Of a stretch of 64,000 nt of DNA, positions 10,011-20,157 are shown in pieces. The stretch is from a candidate division WOR-3 bacterium (GTDB lineage Bacteria; Hydrothermota; 32-111), in the NCBI GenBank assembly GCA_039804105.1, contig JBDRZU010000001.1, positions 704,001-768,000 of the forward strand. The letters run 5' to 3'. The notes beneath the pieces are model-generated. The model worked only from the letters and a program-made list of their open reading frames with translations. It had not been told where the DNA came from and searched no databases. Every line of letters starts with the position of its first letter. The stretch's first letter is position 1. The position numbers and the translations under genes were made by a program.

Positions 10011-12526
10011 TCACCCTGCAGGACTTTAAATTCCACTCTTCTATTTTTCTGATAATCCTCTTCGTTCTTTTCAGGGAATACGATGGGTTTATCCTCTCCA
10101 AAACCTATCGCTATTATCCTCTTTGGATCAATCTTGTGAACACTGATAAGATAATTCCTTACAGATTCTGCTCTTGCCTGTGAAAGTTTTTTGTTGTATG
10201 AGTTCGAACCTCTTGAATCTGTATGTCCACTTATCTCAACCTTTATAGATGGATTCTCTTTCATTATCAAAGCGAGTGAATCACAAACAGGATACGATTC
10301 AGGTCTTAAAGTTGCTTTGTTAAGATCAAAGAGAATATTGTTGAATACAAACACCATCTTCTCTTTCAAAAGCCCAACCTCAAGTGTTGAAAGAACTCCT
10401 CCCTTGATTTCAACATTGAATTTATCCTGCTTGATATATTTTGGTGGTATCGGATCTATTTTAATATTATAGAACCCTTTCTTAATAGCCTTCGAAGTAT
10501 CCATCCCTATATCACCTGTTATGAATGAATCAACAACGGTTTTCATATCGAGTGTGTAGATTTTTATGGTTGAGTTAACAGGTTCAAGTGTTGTCGCATT
10601 GAAAGTTTTTACAACAAGTTTTCCATGAGTTGGGAACATTTCAACGATCTGTTTATAGTCCTTTCCTCTTTCAACATCTATTGTAAACACAACATCATCT
10701 CTACCACTTGATTTCACGGTAACAGCATGTGTCCCCTCATCAAGTCGTTTTGTTACGATTCCAAGTGTATCAGTGTAAAGTGTATCGTTATCAGTAAAGA
10801 TAACCTGAGCGTTCTCTATCGGTTTTTTCGTGATTCCGCTGATAACCTCAACTACAAGTGTTCCCATCGATGGATTCATCTTATATATCCTGTTAACCTT
10901 TCCATTCGCTTTCAAAAAGAATGAATCGATGATCGTATCATACTTATCCGCTGTAACTAAAACTTTAAGATTTGTTTTTGGGAAATATTTTCTAAATTTA
11001 CCAAGAGAGTCAGAATAGAACGAATCTTTTTTATTCATCGGATTATCCTGTATAACCTCAATCTTTGCAATAAGAGGTTTTTCTGTTATAGAATCTATGA
11101 TCGTTCCAGAAAAAACTGAGATTATGTTGGAATGTGCTGCTGCGTTCATGTTAAGATGTGCACCTTTTGTATAGTAAATCAAGCCATGATCCTGTGAAAT
11201 TGAAAGATCTGATGTAAAATTACCGAAGTTAAAACCAAGTCCAGCATTGAATCTAAATGTCTCCCTTCCACCCAAAGTTACCATACTTTCGAGTAAAAGG
11301 AAATGGAATGCTGTATACTGCATACCTAAACTTAATTTTGGTCTTTTTGTTGAAAATGATGTCTCTTTAAAACCCTGGGTGTATCTTGCAAAAATGTTGA
11401 ACGGCTGGTATCTTGCCGAATACGATACACCAACATTTATCTGTGGTTCAAGAAAAGTTGTTAGATCACTTCCGTTATAAACAAGAGAATCACCAAGAAG
11501 TGAACTGATTATAGAATCAGATTTTTGATCATCTGGAATCGTTGAGTCAGAATTTATCGTCGTTATAACTCTATGAAGATTAATAACATTTAAAGAATCT
11601 GTTGCCATAAAGAAAGTGTATCTTCTCGCTCCATATTTCCAGAATATTCTTGATATAAGATGTTCCCAGGAAAATTCAACCATCCATTTATCATCGATAT
11701 TCCATGAAACTCCACCTGTTAAATCGAACCCATGTCCAGGAAGATTTGAAAAACCTGGGCTTATATTACCAATAAAATTTGAAATATTATCAAATCCCGT
11801 AATCTGGTCTGTTGAAAAAGGAATCGCATAATCGAGGTTCATCCTTGTGACAACTCTTAAAAAACTTGAGTCTGACTCAAAATAAAATGAATCAGCGTAA
11901 AGATTAAAATAGGAAACTCCAGCAAGATAAGATAAAGAAAGACCGAAATTCAATCTTCCATTATTTTCAAGATCAACTCCCCCACCAAGACCGAATCCAA
12001 ACTGACCCAAAACCTGAGTTTCAAATTTCAAATCTTTGAAATCATAAGTTGAATCAAACTGGTTTCCATAAAGCATTATATCAAAAAAAGCATCAGGTAT
12101 CTGTAAAGAAGAACCTTGTTTAACATCAAATCCAAAACCAAAAAGTCCTATTTTAAAACCAAATAATGGGAGTCCCATCCTGAGATATTGATCAAGCAAA
12201 AAGTAAGGACCTATATAATGTAGAATCGCTTGTTTTTTCTCTTCATTTATAGTATCTATTGGAAAAGAATCAATCGGCGCTGTTGCTGAATTGTTGAAAA
12301 GGTATGCAAGGAAGGAATATGATATGAGATTGTTCGTCAGACCTGTGTTCAACCTTAAAAGTTCCCATGAATACCAGGGAGTATCTGTTCTTCCTAAAAA
12401 TGAAGGGTTATAGAAAAGCGAAGTATATCCTGTATTCAAAGGTGAATTCATATACCTGTAGTCATAATCAGCAAAAATGTATGTTATCGATAAAAGTATG
12501 ATGAACATTAAAAATATCTTTTTCAT
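10007..12526 (-). CDS. Large OmpA-family outer membrane protein (N-terminal beta-barrel-like region, carboxypeptidase-regulatory-like repeats, C-terminal OmpA domain)
   Basis: Signal peptide. C-terminal NILFD...ISGHTDSRG...NKKLSQARAESV...GFGEDKP...NRRVEF. Confidence 0.85.
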   Translation of the reverse strand: MKKIFLMFIILLSITYIFADYDYRYMNSPLNTGYTSLFYNPSFLGRTDTPWYSWELLRLNTGLTNNLISYSFLAYLFNNSATAPIDSFPIDTINEEKKQAILHYIGPYFLLDQYLRMGLPLFGFKIGLFGFGFDVKQGSSLQIPDAFFDIMLYGNQFDSTYDFKDLKFETQVLGQFGFGLGGGVDLENNGRLNFGLSLSYLAGVSYFNLYADSFYFESDSSFLRVVTRMNLDYAIPFSTDQITGFDNISNFIGNISPGFSNLPGHGFDLTGGVSWNIDDKWMVEFSWEHLISRIFWKYGARRYTFFMATDSLNVINLHRVITTINSDSTIPDDQKSDSIISSLLGDSLVYNGSDLTTFLEPQINVGVSYSARYQPFNIFARYTQGFKETSFSTKRPKLSLGMQYTAFHFLLLESMVTLGGRETFRFNAGLGFNFGNFTSDLSISQDHGLIYYTKGAHLNMNAAAHSNIISVFSGTIIDSITEKPLIAKIEVIQDNPMNKKDSFYSDSLGKFRKYFPKTNLKVLVTADKYDTIIDSFFLKANGKVNRIYKMNPSMGTLVVEVISGITKKPIENAQVIFTDNDTLYTDTLGIVTKRLDEGTHAVTVKSSGRDDVVFTIDVERGKDYKQIVEMFPTHGKLVVKTFNATTLEPVNSTIKIYTLDMKTVVDSFITGDIGMDTSKAIKKGFYNIKIDPIPPKYIKQDKFNVEIKGGVLSTLEVGLLKEKMVFVFNNILFDLNKATLRPESYPVCDSLALIMKENPSIKVEISGHTDSRGSNSYNKKLSQARAESVRNYLISVHKIDPKRIIAIGFGEDKPIVFPEKNEEDYQKNRRVEFKVLQGE

Positions 12527-12527
12527 T

Positions 12528-13583
12528 TCATTCTCCATTTGGCAAAAAGTATGGATCAAAATCCATATTCATCTGTAAAGCACCTTTTACTCTTATAAAA
12601 TCAGCAGGAGTAACAAAAACATCGATATCTGTAGGTGCGGGAATTTCAAATCTTCCTTTAAATTTGAATGTTGAATATCTGAACAAACTATCAAGTTCAT
12701 GTGTTATATCAATGTTGAGGTTACTGTAAACTCCTGTGCCTGTTGCCCTTCCAATACTATCTTTTGGTGTTTGAGCAAGCAAAAATGTATCTGAAAAAAC
12801 AATGTTTCCAACTGAATCGTATAATAACAGAATAAAATTTGAACTTATTGGTAGTCTATTCCATATATCAAGATTTAATCTGACCCAATTTATCATATTC
12901 AAAGGTGACGACTCTGGTGGCGCAAATGGTAATGTCTGCTCTTTTACTACAGTCATAACTCTATCACCTGTGAGTTTTGCCTGAAATGCGATCATTGAAT
13001 ATGCTTCAAGAGAATCAACAAAAGTTTGCCCTGAATCGATCTGCACCTCTATTTCATGGTAATAATCTCCAATCGGGAAATCATCAACTGAATATGTATA
13101 TAAAGTATCAAGGAAAGATCTTTGGTTGAAAAACACCTCAACTGTATCAAGATATATAAGTCGTCCACTCGAATACATTCTGTGTATCAATCTTCCACCA
13201 GTTGTAAATGGCACTTTCCCCCAGAATCTTACAAAGTTATGGACTTTGTTTATCGTTGAGGTGAAATATGTTGAATCTCTTGAGGTATCTATCCATTCCT
13301 CAGGCAACAATTCTTCAATGTTTATACTAATTTTGATTGTATCACTTTTGCCATTGAGATGAGCTGCGTTGATCCATTTTTCTCTTTGTGTATATCCAAA
13401 AACAGTATCTCCTTTTATAGAAATTCGTTCAGGATGATCAAGTGCAACTTCAAGAACGGTCATCAAAGTATCACCTATTGGAAGAGAATAAGTCAAATTC
13501 TCAACAACAGGTGGTTTTTTGGGAAGTGGGATTGAACAGGAAATAAAAAGAAATATTAAAAAACAAAACAATATTTTTTTCAT
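12528..13583 (-). CDS. Hypothetical lipoprotein
   Basis: GGAGG RBS, MKKILF...FISC lipobox. Confidence 0.7.
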   Translation of the reverse strand: MKKILFCFLIFLFISCSIPLPKKPPVVENLTYSLPIGDTLMTVLEVALDHPERISIKGDTVFGYTQREKWINAAHLNGKSDTIKISINIEELLPEEWIDTSRDSTYFTSTINKVHNFVRFWGKVPFTTGGRLIHRMYSSGRLIYLDTVEVFFNQRSFLDTLYTYSVDDFPIGDYYHEIEVQIDSGQTFVDSLEAYSMIAFQAKLTGDRVMTVVKEQTLPFAPPESSPLNMINWVRLNLDIWNRLPISSNFILLLYDSVGNIVFSDTFLLAQTPKDSIGRATGTGVYSNLNIDITHELDSLFRYSTFKFKGRFEIPAPTDIDVFVTPADFIRVKGALQMNMDFDPYFLPNGE

Positions 13584-13643
13584 TTCACCTCCAGACATTT
13601 TAATTATTTTATTCTCTTTTATAAAATCAGTCAATAAAAAGAA

Positions 13644-14453
13644 TCAATGTCTTTTTTCAAATAAAATGATTGTATAATCAATTATGAAATTTAAAAGTTT
13701 GAAGATAAGATAAAAAGAAAATGAAAATGTAAAAATTTCAAAAAAAGAGAAGGGATACAAAAGCGTCACTTTCCTTAAAAATATACCAGAGAATGAACAA
13801 ACAAGAAAAGATATTAAAATATCATAATAAAGATATTCAGCACCTTTTTTTATAGAATAGATTATCCTTGGTATTACCATAAAGGGTAAACATAGAAAAA
13901 AATATCCATGCATATATGAGAATATGAAAAGGAAAATTTTTTCAATCTCCTCAATATAGTAATAATATTTGTCTTTTACAACTTTAATCCTCAAAATACC
14001 ATACAAACTTCTGATAAGATATTTTAAAAAATAAAGAATGAAAATAAGACCTATCATAAGATAGATCATTTTAAAAACAAAACCATTTTTATACTTTTGG
14101 AGAATAAAAAAATTTGATAGAGCAGAAAGAAACAAAATAACAAAAAAATGGAACAACTGATCAAGTATAAAATTTATTCCATTATCAAGATTATTTTTAC
14201 TTTTCAAAAGATCAATAAAGTAATGGGAAAAAAATGTAAAAAGAGAAAATAGTGTTGAGAAAAAAAAATTTTTTGAAAACAAGAAAAGTGAAACAAAAGT
14301 TGGTAAAAGAATAAAAAAAGAATGTAGAAATAAACCAATCTTACTCTTTATTTTGAGACGAAATATTTGATCAGTTTGAAAAATAAAGTCACCCAAAAGG
14401 TGACCCAACAAAAGAATTGTAATTATATCAACATCAGGAATAAAACTATTCAT
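13644..14453 (-). CDS. DUF3307-like membrane protein
   Basis: GHLLGDFIFQT, H..ID..K and DQLFH motifs. Confidence 0.75.
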   Translation of the reverse strand: MNSFIPDVDIITILLLGHLLGDFIFQTDQIFRLKIKSKIGLFLHSFFILLPTFVSLFLFSKNFFFSTLFSLFTFFSHYFIDLLKSKNNLDNGINFILDQLFHFFVILFLSALSNFFILQKYKNGFVFKMIYLMIGLIFILYFLKYLIRSLYGILRIKVVKDKYYYYIEEIEKIFLFIFSYMHGYFFLCLPFMVIPRIIYSIKKGAEYLYYDILISFLVCSFSGIFLRKVTLLYPFSFFEIFTFSFSFYLIFKLLNFIIDYTIILFEKRH

Positions 14454-14892
14454 CCTTTACAACCGAAAGGTTTAATACCCCTATAACCTCCGGATGTAAT
14501 TTTATATTCACTGTATAATCACCCAACCTCTTTATAGGTTCATCAAGCAAAACCGCATGTTCATCTATTTTGATCCCTTTTGCTTCCAATTCCTCACAGA
14601 TCAATTTTTTTGAAACTGAACCATAAAGAGTATCATCATCATGAACTTTTTGTTTTATGGTTAAAGTTATCGAGGAAAGTTTATCTTTTGCTTGAAGTGC
14701 TATCTCTTTATTTTTCAATTCTTTCTGTTCATATTTTATCTTTTCCTGTTGAAACCTTTTCAGATTGTTTTCAGAATACTCATAAGCGAGTTTGTTTGGT
14801 ATCAAATAGTTTCTTGCAAATCCATCCTTTACATTTACAACATCACCTCTTTTACCAAGATTTTGAACATTTTCTCTCAATATAACTTTCAT
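14446..14892 (-). CDS. rplI: 50S ribosomal protein L9
   Basis: MKVILRENVQNLGKRGDVVNVKDGFARNYLIP. Confidence 0.98.
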   Translation of the reverse strand: MKVILRENVQNLGKRGDVVNVKDGFARNYLIPNKLAYEYSENNLKRFQQEKIKYEQKELKNKEIALQAKDKLSSITLTIKQKVHDDDTLYGSVSKKLICEELEAKGIKIDEHAVLLDEPIKRLGDYTVNIKLHPEVIGVLNLSVVKDE

Positions 14893-14901
14893 ACACGACT
14901 C

Positions 14902-15171
14902 CTATCTCATATTTTCATCAACATATGGAAGAAGTGCCATCTGTCGTGCAGTTTTTATCGCTCTTGCGACCTCTTTTTGATGTTTTTCACAAAGTCCGGT
15001 AGCTTTTCTTGGCAATATTTTTCCTCTATCGTTTATAAATTTTGATAAGAACTGGATATTTTTATAATCTATTTTTTCTTTTCTGGTACAAAGCTTACAA
15101 ACTTTTACCTTTTTTGCACCATTTCTTGAATCTGAAGAACCGTTGTTCTCTTTAGAATGGAATGGACTCAT
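14902..15171 (-). CDS. rpsR: 30S ribosomal protein S18 (Zn-binding type)
   Basis: CKLC...IDYKN...GKILPRKATGLCEKHQ...AR..ALLPY. Start placed at MSPF. Confidence 0.96.
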   Translation of the reverse strand: MSPFHSKENNGSSDSRNGAKKVKVCKLCTRKEKIDYKNIQFLSKFINDRGKILPRKATGLCEKHQKEVARAIKTARQMALLPYVDENMR

Positions 15172-15628
15172 CAGTACCTCCGTTTTCAATTTCTTCTATT
15201 TCATTAAAATCTTTTTCTACATCATCTATTATCTTATCATAGGAAACATCATTAACTTCACCTTCAAGGTCAGAAACTTCTCTTGATAAAAAGTAGATCT
15301 TTGTTGCTCTGATCTGAAAGGAAACCTTTTTTTCATGTGTTCTCTTATCCTCATAATTGTTCGCTTCAAGAGATCCTTCGACTATCACAGGTGTTCCAGT
15401 TTTCAATCTCTTTTCAAGATTATCTTCAAATTTTGTAAAATATGATACACTGATAAAAAGTGGATTATCTTTCCATTCTCCATTTTTGTCCTTATATCTT
15501 CTTGAAGATGCAAGACGAAAACCAATTACACCGGTATTATCTGATGTGTACCTTTTCTCAGCATCCTTTGTTACTCTTCCAGCGATAATGATTCTATTTA
15601 GATTCGGAAGGTTTATTTTTTCACCCAT
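15152..15628 (-). CDS. ssb: Single-stranded DNA-binding protein
   Basis: LNRIIIAGRVTKD, acidic tail ending IPF, position between rpsF and rpsR. Confidence 0.95.
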   Translation of the reverse strand: MGEKINLPNLNRIIIAGRVTKDAEKRYTSDNTGVIGFRLASSRRYKDKNGEWKDNPLFISVSYFTKFEDNLEKRLKTGTPVIVEGSLEANNYEDKRTHEKKVSFQIRATKIYFLSREVSDLEGEVNDVSYDKIIDDVEKDFNEIEEIENGGTDESIPF

Positions 15629-15925
15629 TTATACCTTCACTTCATCATTCTTTTTAATCATATATCTCCATATTGTTTCATCAAGTTTTATTTCTCTTCT
15701 GAGTTCCTCAACTTTCAATGGATCGAGGTTAAAGTTTATCAAAATAAAATGCCCTTGAGCAGTTTTGTTTATTTCGTATGTAAGTTTTTCAATACCTTTA
15801 TCCTCTACATTTTCAACTTTACCTGCAAGTTCCTCAATCCATTTTTTAAAACTGGAAATCCTTTCTTCAAGAACTTCCTTAGATAATGTAGGATCATAGA
15901 TGATCAAAATTTCATAGTTAACCAA
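15629..15925 (-). CDS. rpsF: 30S ribosomal protein S6
   Basis: YEILIIYDP, KLTYEINK, synteny. Confidence 0.93.
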   Translation of the reverse strand: MVNYEILIIYDPTLSKEVLEERISSFKKWIEELAGKVENVEDKGIEKLTYEINKTAQGHFILINFNLDPLKVEELRREIKLDETIWRYMIKKNDEVKV

Positions 15926-15937
15926 AATTTCCTCCTG

Positions 15938-16494
15938 TTATTTTTCTTCTTTTTTATTAATTATACTCATAGATTTTTCAAATCCATTTTCAACTATTGT
16001 GTAAATATGTTCTATTCCTTTTTCTAGAACTTTATTGTAATCATCTTCTTTCATTTTTCCTAAAACAAAATCTTTATCCTTCTTTTCTTCAAACTCTCCG
16101 ATGCCAACTCTTAACCTCGCAAAATTTTCAGTTCCAAGATGGTATATTATTGACTTTAATCCATTGTGACCACCATCTGAACCTGATAATCTTAACCTAA
16201 AAGTGAAGAGTGATATATTAAAATCATCAACAATTATAAGAAGATTTTTTAAATCGATCTTATAATAGTTTAAAAACTCTACAACAGCGATTCCACTCTC
16301 ATTCATATAAGTTGTTGGAACGACTAAAAATAACCCATCTTTCAAAGAACATTCAGAAAAAAAAAGTGCCCTTTACCTGTTTTAAATTTCAACTGCTCTT
16401 TTTTAGCAAAACCAATAATGATTTCTTTTCCTATATTGTGCCTTGTCTTTTCATAAATTTTATCAGGATTTCCGAGACCAACAAGAGCAAACAT
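15938..16494 (-). CDS. pth: Peptidyl-tRNA hydrolase, with apparent 1-nt frameshift in A9 run at 16357-16365
   Basis: N-terminus MFALVGLGNPDKIYEKTRHNIG is in one frame. PTTYMNESG, GGHNGLKS and RLRVGIG are in another. Adding 1 nt gives a 185-aa protein. Confidence 0.93.
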
Positions 16495-16503
16495 ATAACC
16501 CCA

Positions 16504-17193
16504 TCACTTCTTTTCTTTCTTCTCTTTTTCTTTCTCTTTTCCTTTATCTTCTTTTTCTTCCTCTTCTTCACCCTCTTCTTTCTTTTCCCTGATGAGTTCT
16601 GGCTCTTTTGCTTCCTCTTCAGGTTTTGGTGCTTCTTCAACATACGCCTTTGGAGCAAGAATAGTCACAACAACCTCTTCTGGATTTTCGACGATTTCAA
16701 ACTTTTCAGCCTTTATATCTTTCACATGTATTGAATCACCTATTGCAAGTTCTGAAATATCAACTTCAACATGTGATGGTATGTCTGCTGGCAAACATTT
16801 GATTTCAAGATCTCTGAGAAGGTGCTCAACTATTCCACCCTCTTTAACTCCCTTTGCTGAACCTTTTAGAATGATCGGTACTGTAAGTTTCAATTTTTCA
16901 GATTTATGGATTATCTGAAAATCGATATGTAAAATTCTGTTTGTTCTAGGGCTTCTGAAAATCTCTTTTATGATCGCAAGAAAATTATCTTTTCCCATCT
17001 TAATATTTATAAGAGATTTCTCTCTTCCAATTGCGTGAAACATCTTATTCAACTCAACCTCATCGACAGAGAACAACCTGTTCTCCTCTTTGTGTCCATA
17101 TGCGACACATGGAATTTTGTTATTCTTTCTTAAGAGGGTAAGAATATGTTTACCCTTTTCTCTTTTTTCAACTGGTAAATCGTATTGAAGCAT
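16504..17193 (-). CDS. rplY: 50S ribosomal protein L25/Ctc
   Basis: IPCVAYG, HIDF, GVKEGG, charged C-terminal tail, prs-rplY-pth synteny. Confidence 0.95.
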   Translation of the reverse strand: MLQYDLPVEKREKGKHILTLLRKNNKIPCVAYGHKEENRLFSVDEVELNKMFHAIGREKSLINIKMGKDNFLAIIKEIFRSPRTNRILHIDFQIIHKSEKLKLTVPIILKGSAKGVKEGGIVEHLLRDLEIKCLPADIPSHVEVDISELAIGDSIHVKDIKAEKFEIVENPEEVVVTILAPKAYVEEAPKPEEEAKEPELIREKKEEGEEEEEKEDKGKEKEKEKKEKK

Positions 17194-17201
17194 TTATCCT
17201 C

Positions 17202-18131
17202 CTAATCAAAAAGTGCACTGATAGATTCTTTATTATAAACTCTTTTTATAGCATTCGCAAAAAGTTCTGCCATAGACAAAACTTCTATTTTTTCGATCCT
17301 CTTCTCCTCAGGTATCACAACACTATCCGAAGTGTAAAGTTTATCTATAGGTGAATTTTTGAGTTTTGCAATAGCATCACCTGAAAGCAAAGGATGTGTC
17401 ACACATGCTATTATCCTTTTAGCACCATTATACTTTAAAGCTTCAGCTGCTTTTGTGATTGTTCCCGCAGTATCGATTATATCGTCAACCATTAAAACAT
17501 TCTTATCCTTAACCTCTCCAACAACATGCATCACTTCGGATTGGTTTGGAGAACTTCTTCTTTTATCGATAACAGCAATCGGTAGATTGTTCAGTTTTTT
17601 CGCTATATTTCTTGCTCTGTTAACTCTTCCTGCATCAGGAGAAACCACAACCGTATTGTCAAGTTTTTCGTTCTTTAAAAGATGTTCAACAAAAACTGGT
17701 GCAGAATAAAGATGATCAACTGGAACATTGAAAAAACCCTGAATCTGTTCAGCATGAAGTTCAAGTACCATAACCCTTGAAACACCCGCTGCTGTCAAAA
17801 GGTTTGCAACAACTCTTGAACTTATTGGAACCCTTGGAGCATCCTTTTTATCCTGTCTTGCATATCCATAATATGGTATGACCGCAGTTATCATATCCGC
17901 TGATGCTCTCCTCAAAGAGTCAATGATAAAGATAAGTTCAAGAAGATTATCCGCTGGTGGATTTGTTGACTGTATAACAAACACATGGCTTCCCCTTACA
18001 GATTCATTAATCTGAACCCTTATCTCACCATCAGAAAATTTTGTAATAAGAGAATCAACAAGTGGAATATTCAACTTGTTAGATATCTCTTTTGCTATTT
18101 TGGCATTCGAATTTCCCGCTATAAGTTTCAT
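17202..18131 (-). CDS. prs: Ribose-phosphate pyrophosphokinase
   Basis: FSDGE, PYYGYARQD, VSPDAG, VDDIIDTAGT. True start MKLIAGNSN lies after the tRNA. Confidence 0.97.
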   Translation of the reverse strand: MKLIAGNSNAKIAKEISNKLNIPLVDSLITKFSDGEIRVQINESVRGSHVFVIQSTNPPADNLLELIFIIDSLRRASADMITAVIPYYGYARQDKKDAPRVPISSRVVANLLTAAGVSRVMVLELHAEQIQGFFNVPVDHLYSAPVFVEHLLKNEKLDNTVVVSPDAGRVNRARNIAKKLNNLPIAVIDKRRSSPNQSEVMHVVGEVKDKNVLMVDDIIDTAGTITKAAEALKYNGAKRIIACVTHPLLSGDAIAKLKNSPIDKLYTSDSVVIPEEKRIEKIEVLSMAELFANAIKRVYNKESISALFD

Positions 18132-18150
18132 ATAAAACTCACATTTTTCT

Positions 18151-18223
18151 CTGGGGCGGTAGGATTCGAACCTACGAATGCGGGAACCAAAATCCCGTGG
18201 CTTGCCAGCTTGCCGACACCCCA
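18151..18223 (-). tRNA. tRNA-Gln(TTG), CCA not encoded
   Basis: TGGGGTG...CGGGA-TT-TTG-GT-TCCCG...GTTCGAATC...CGCCCCA-G. Conserved position upstream of prs. Confidence 0.93.
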
Positions 18224-18257
18224 ATAAGTGTTAGTTAAATTTTACTTCCTAAAAGTT

Positions 18258-18518
18258 TTACTTCTTACTCACTTCCTGCTGATATTTTTCAAGAACGACT
18301 TTTTCAATCTTCTGTCTCATCTCATTGTTGATAGGATGGGCAATGTCTCTATATGTCCCATCTTTAGCCCTTCTTGAAGGCATGGAAATGAAAAGACCTT
18401 TTTTTCCGTCGATAATCTTTAAACCCCTGATAACAAATGCGTTGTCAAAAGTTACATTAGCAAATGCTTTCAACTTGGGTTCATCTCTTAATGTGATTCT
18501 TACTTCGGTAATTTCCAT
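18258..18518 (-). CDS. spoVG: SpoVG nucleic-acid-binding regulator
   Basis: MEITEVRI...LKAFANVTFDNAFVIRGLKII...MPSRR...YRDIAHPIN. Confidence 0.95.
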   Translation of the reverse strand: MEITEVRITLRDEPKLKAFANVTFDNAFVIRGLKIIDGKKGLFISMPSRRAKDGTYRDIAHPINNEMRQKIEKVVLEKYQQEVSKK

Positions 18519-19429
18519 TCTTCCTCCTGAATTTTTGTTAGTAGTTCTTTTTTTATCCTATTTCGAGTTATCGGGGTGGTAAAAAAAATCCTGTTCCCAC
18601 CGAACTCTTTTCTTAGCGAATCAAAATGTTTTTCATTTTCAAAGATCGCAAAAATTGAAGATCCACTTCCACTCATAAGTGAAAGTAAAGGTTCATACTT
18701 TGTTATCCTATTTTTTATATCCTTCAATAAAGGATACCTTTCAAAAACAACCGTTTCAAAAATGTTATAAAAATTTTTGAAAGAACTTTTCAAATTTTTA
18801 TAATCAATTTTTGAATTTATAATATTATAAGATTTTCTATCATTTGTCAAGTGTTTAGATAGAAGGTTATATGCCTCTTTCGTTGAAACCTGAATATCTG
18901 GAGATATGATAAAAATTTTAAGATTTTCAATCTCAGGTATATCTAAAAATTCAAGTTCCTCACCTATACCAGTTCCTATTGCACTCCCACCTTCAACAAG
19001 AAATGGACAATCAGCACCGACCTTCAAAGAAAGTTGCCTAAGTTCTTCTTTTTCAAAGGGATAATCATAATAAAAATTTAAAAAATTGAGTATCGAAGAA
19101 CCATCAGCACTTCCACCACCAAGACCAGCACCTGATGGAATCTTTTTGTTGACTTTAAAATGGAAATCAACCCATTCACTTTCAGATTTGTTTAAAAAGG
19201 ATTCTTTAAAAATATGATACGATTTGTAAATAGTGTTGTTTTTCGGATCTATCATGCAATCACTGTTAAAAAATTCTATGTTTAAATCTTTACTTTCATA
19301 AACCTCGATATTATCAAAAAGATCTATCGATTGAAAAAAGGTGAGAATCTCATGAAAACCATCATCACGCCTGTTCAACACATCAAGAAAAAGATTTATT
19401 TTACAGAAAGATTTTACAAGATATCTCAT
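18500..19429 (-). CDS. ispE: 4-diphosphocytidyl-2-C-methyl-D-erythritol kinase
   Basis: KINLFL.V..RR.DGFHE, IPSGAGLGGGSAD, GADCPF, MSGSGS. Confidence 0.95.
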   Translation of the reverse strand: MRYLVKSFCKINLFLDVLNRRDDGFHEILTFFQSIDLFDNIEVYESKDLNIEFFNSDCMIDPKNNTIYKSYHIFKESFLNKSESEWVDFHFKVNKKIPSGAGLGGGSADGSSILNFLNFYYDYPFEKEELRQLSLKVGADCPFLVEGGSAIGTGIGEELEFLDIPEIENLKIFIISPDIQVSTKEAYNLLSKHLTNDRKSYNIINSKIDYKNLKSSFKNFYNIFETVVFERYPLLKDIKNRITKYEPLLSLMSGSGSSIFAIFENEKHFDSLRKEFGGNRIFFTTPITRNRIKKELLTKIQEEEWKLPK

Positions 19430-20157
19430 TTTCTGAAAATGTTAACTACCTCAGAGAATTCAAAAATTTTATCAGGATCTTTTTCTATAGAATTCCCTGT
19501 TACGATAAAATCTGCTCCACTTTCAAGAATTTCAAGTGCTCTTTTTCGATCCTTTATACCTCCACCGACAATCAGTGGTTTTGATAAAATCTTTTTTGCA
19601 CTCTTAATAAAATTTAACGGAACAGTTTTTTCAGATCCACTCCCTGCCTCAAGGTAAACTATTTTGAAATTCGATATTTCTGAGAGATAGATATAGTTCA
19701 AAAAAGTTTTCATATCTTTTATAAAGTTTATAGGCACCCTTTTTGCAACACTCGTCTTTTTATCATCCATACAGAGTATATATGATGTTGGGATGATCTT
19801 TAATGATGATTTGTATAGATTTTCAGCACCGTTGATATGTTCTCCAATTATATAGTCAAGTTTTTTTGTATTCAAAAGAAAAAGCAATAAAAGAAAATCT
19901 GCATTTTTCGATATCTGATAGTGAGAACCAGGGAAAATAAAAGTTGGTTTTTTTGTTTTTTCTTTTATCGAAAGTATGAATCTATCAAAACCTTTAATCT
20001 TCTTATCACTTCCACCGATAAATATCCCATCAACTTTTGAACTATTTATATTTTTTATGATTCTTTCAAAATCTATTTTTTTTGCTGGATCAATTAAAAC
20101 AAAATATCCTTTTTTGTTTTCGTTGAAAATCTTTTCTATAGGGGAAATTACTTCCAC
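19426..20157 (-). CDS. Geranylgeranylglyceryl-phosphate synthase (GGGPS/PcrB family, group II-like)
   Basis: LIDP, IGGS, IFPG, YLEAGSG, VGGGI and ADFIVTGN motifs of the G1P-prenyltransferase TIM barrel. Confidence 0.88.
   Translation of the reverse strand: MEVISPIEKIFNENKKGYFVLIDPAKKIDFERIIKNINSSKVDGIFIGGSDKKIKGFDRFILSIKEKTKKPTFIFPGSHYQISKNADFLLLLFLLNTKKLDYIIGEHINGAENLYKSSLKIIPTSYILCMDDKKTSVAKRVPINFIKDMKTFLNYIYLSEISNFKIVYLEAGSGSEKTVPLNFIKSAKKILSKPLIVGGGIKDRKRALEILESGADFIVTGNSIEKDPDKIFEFSEVVNIFRK

Noticed and set aside
16431..16658. Lys/Arg-rich 75-aa ORF
   Set aside because: Alternate-frame shadow of the purine-rich rplY tail.
18132..18224. 31-aa N-terminal extension of Prs in the ORF track
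   Set aside because: It runs through tRNA-Gln(TTG). The conserved Prs N-terminus starts at 18131.
18258..18518. spoVG (with divIVA) as evidence of sporulation or a monoderm cell
   Set aside because: Both occur in non-sporulating diderms, and bamD, lnt, tonB and ompA indicate an outer membrane.
18822..18850. TTGACA...TATAAT inside ispE as an internal promoter
   Set aside because: The spacer to TATAAT is only 15 bp (17 bp to a weaker TAATAT), and the site is ~300 nt from spoVG in AT-rich coding DNA. Not supportable.
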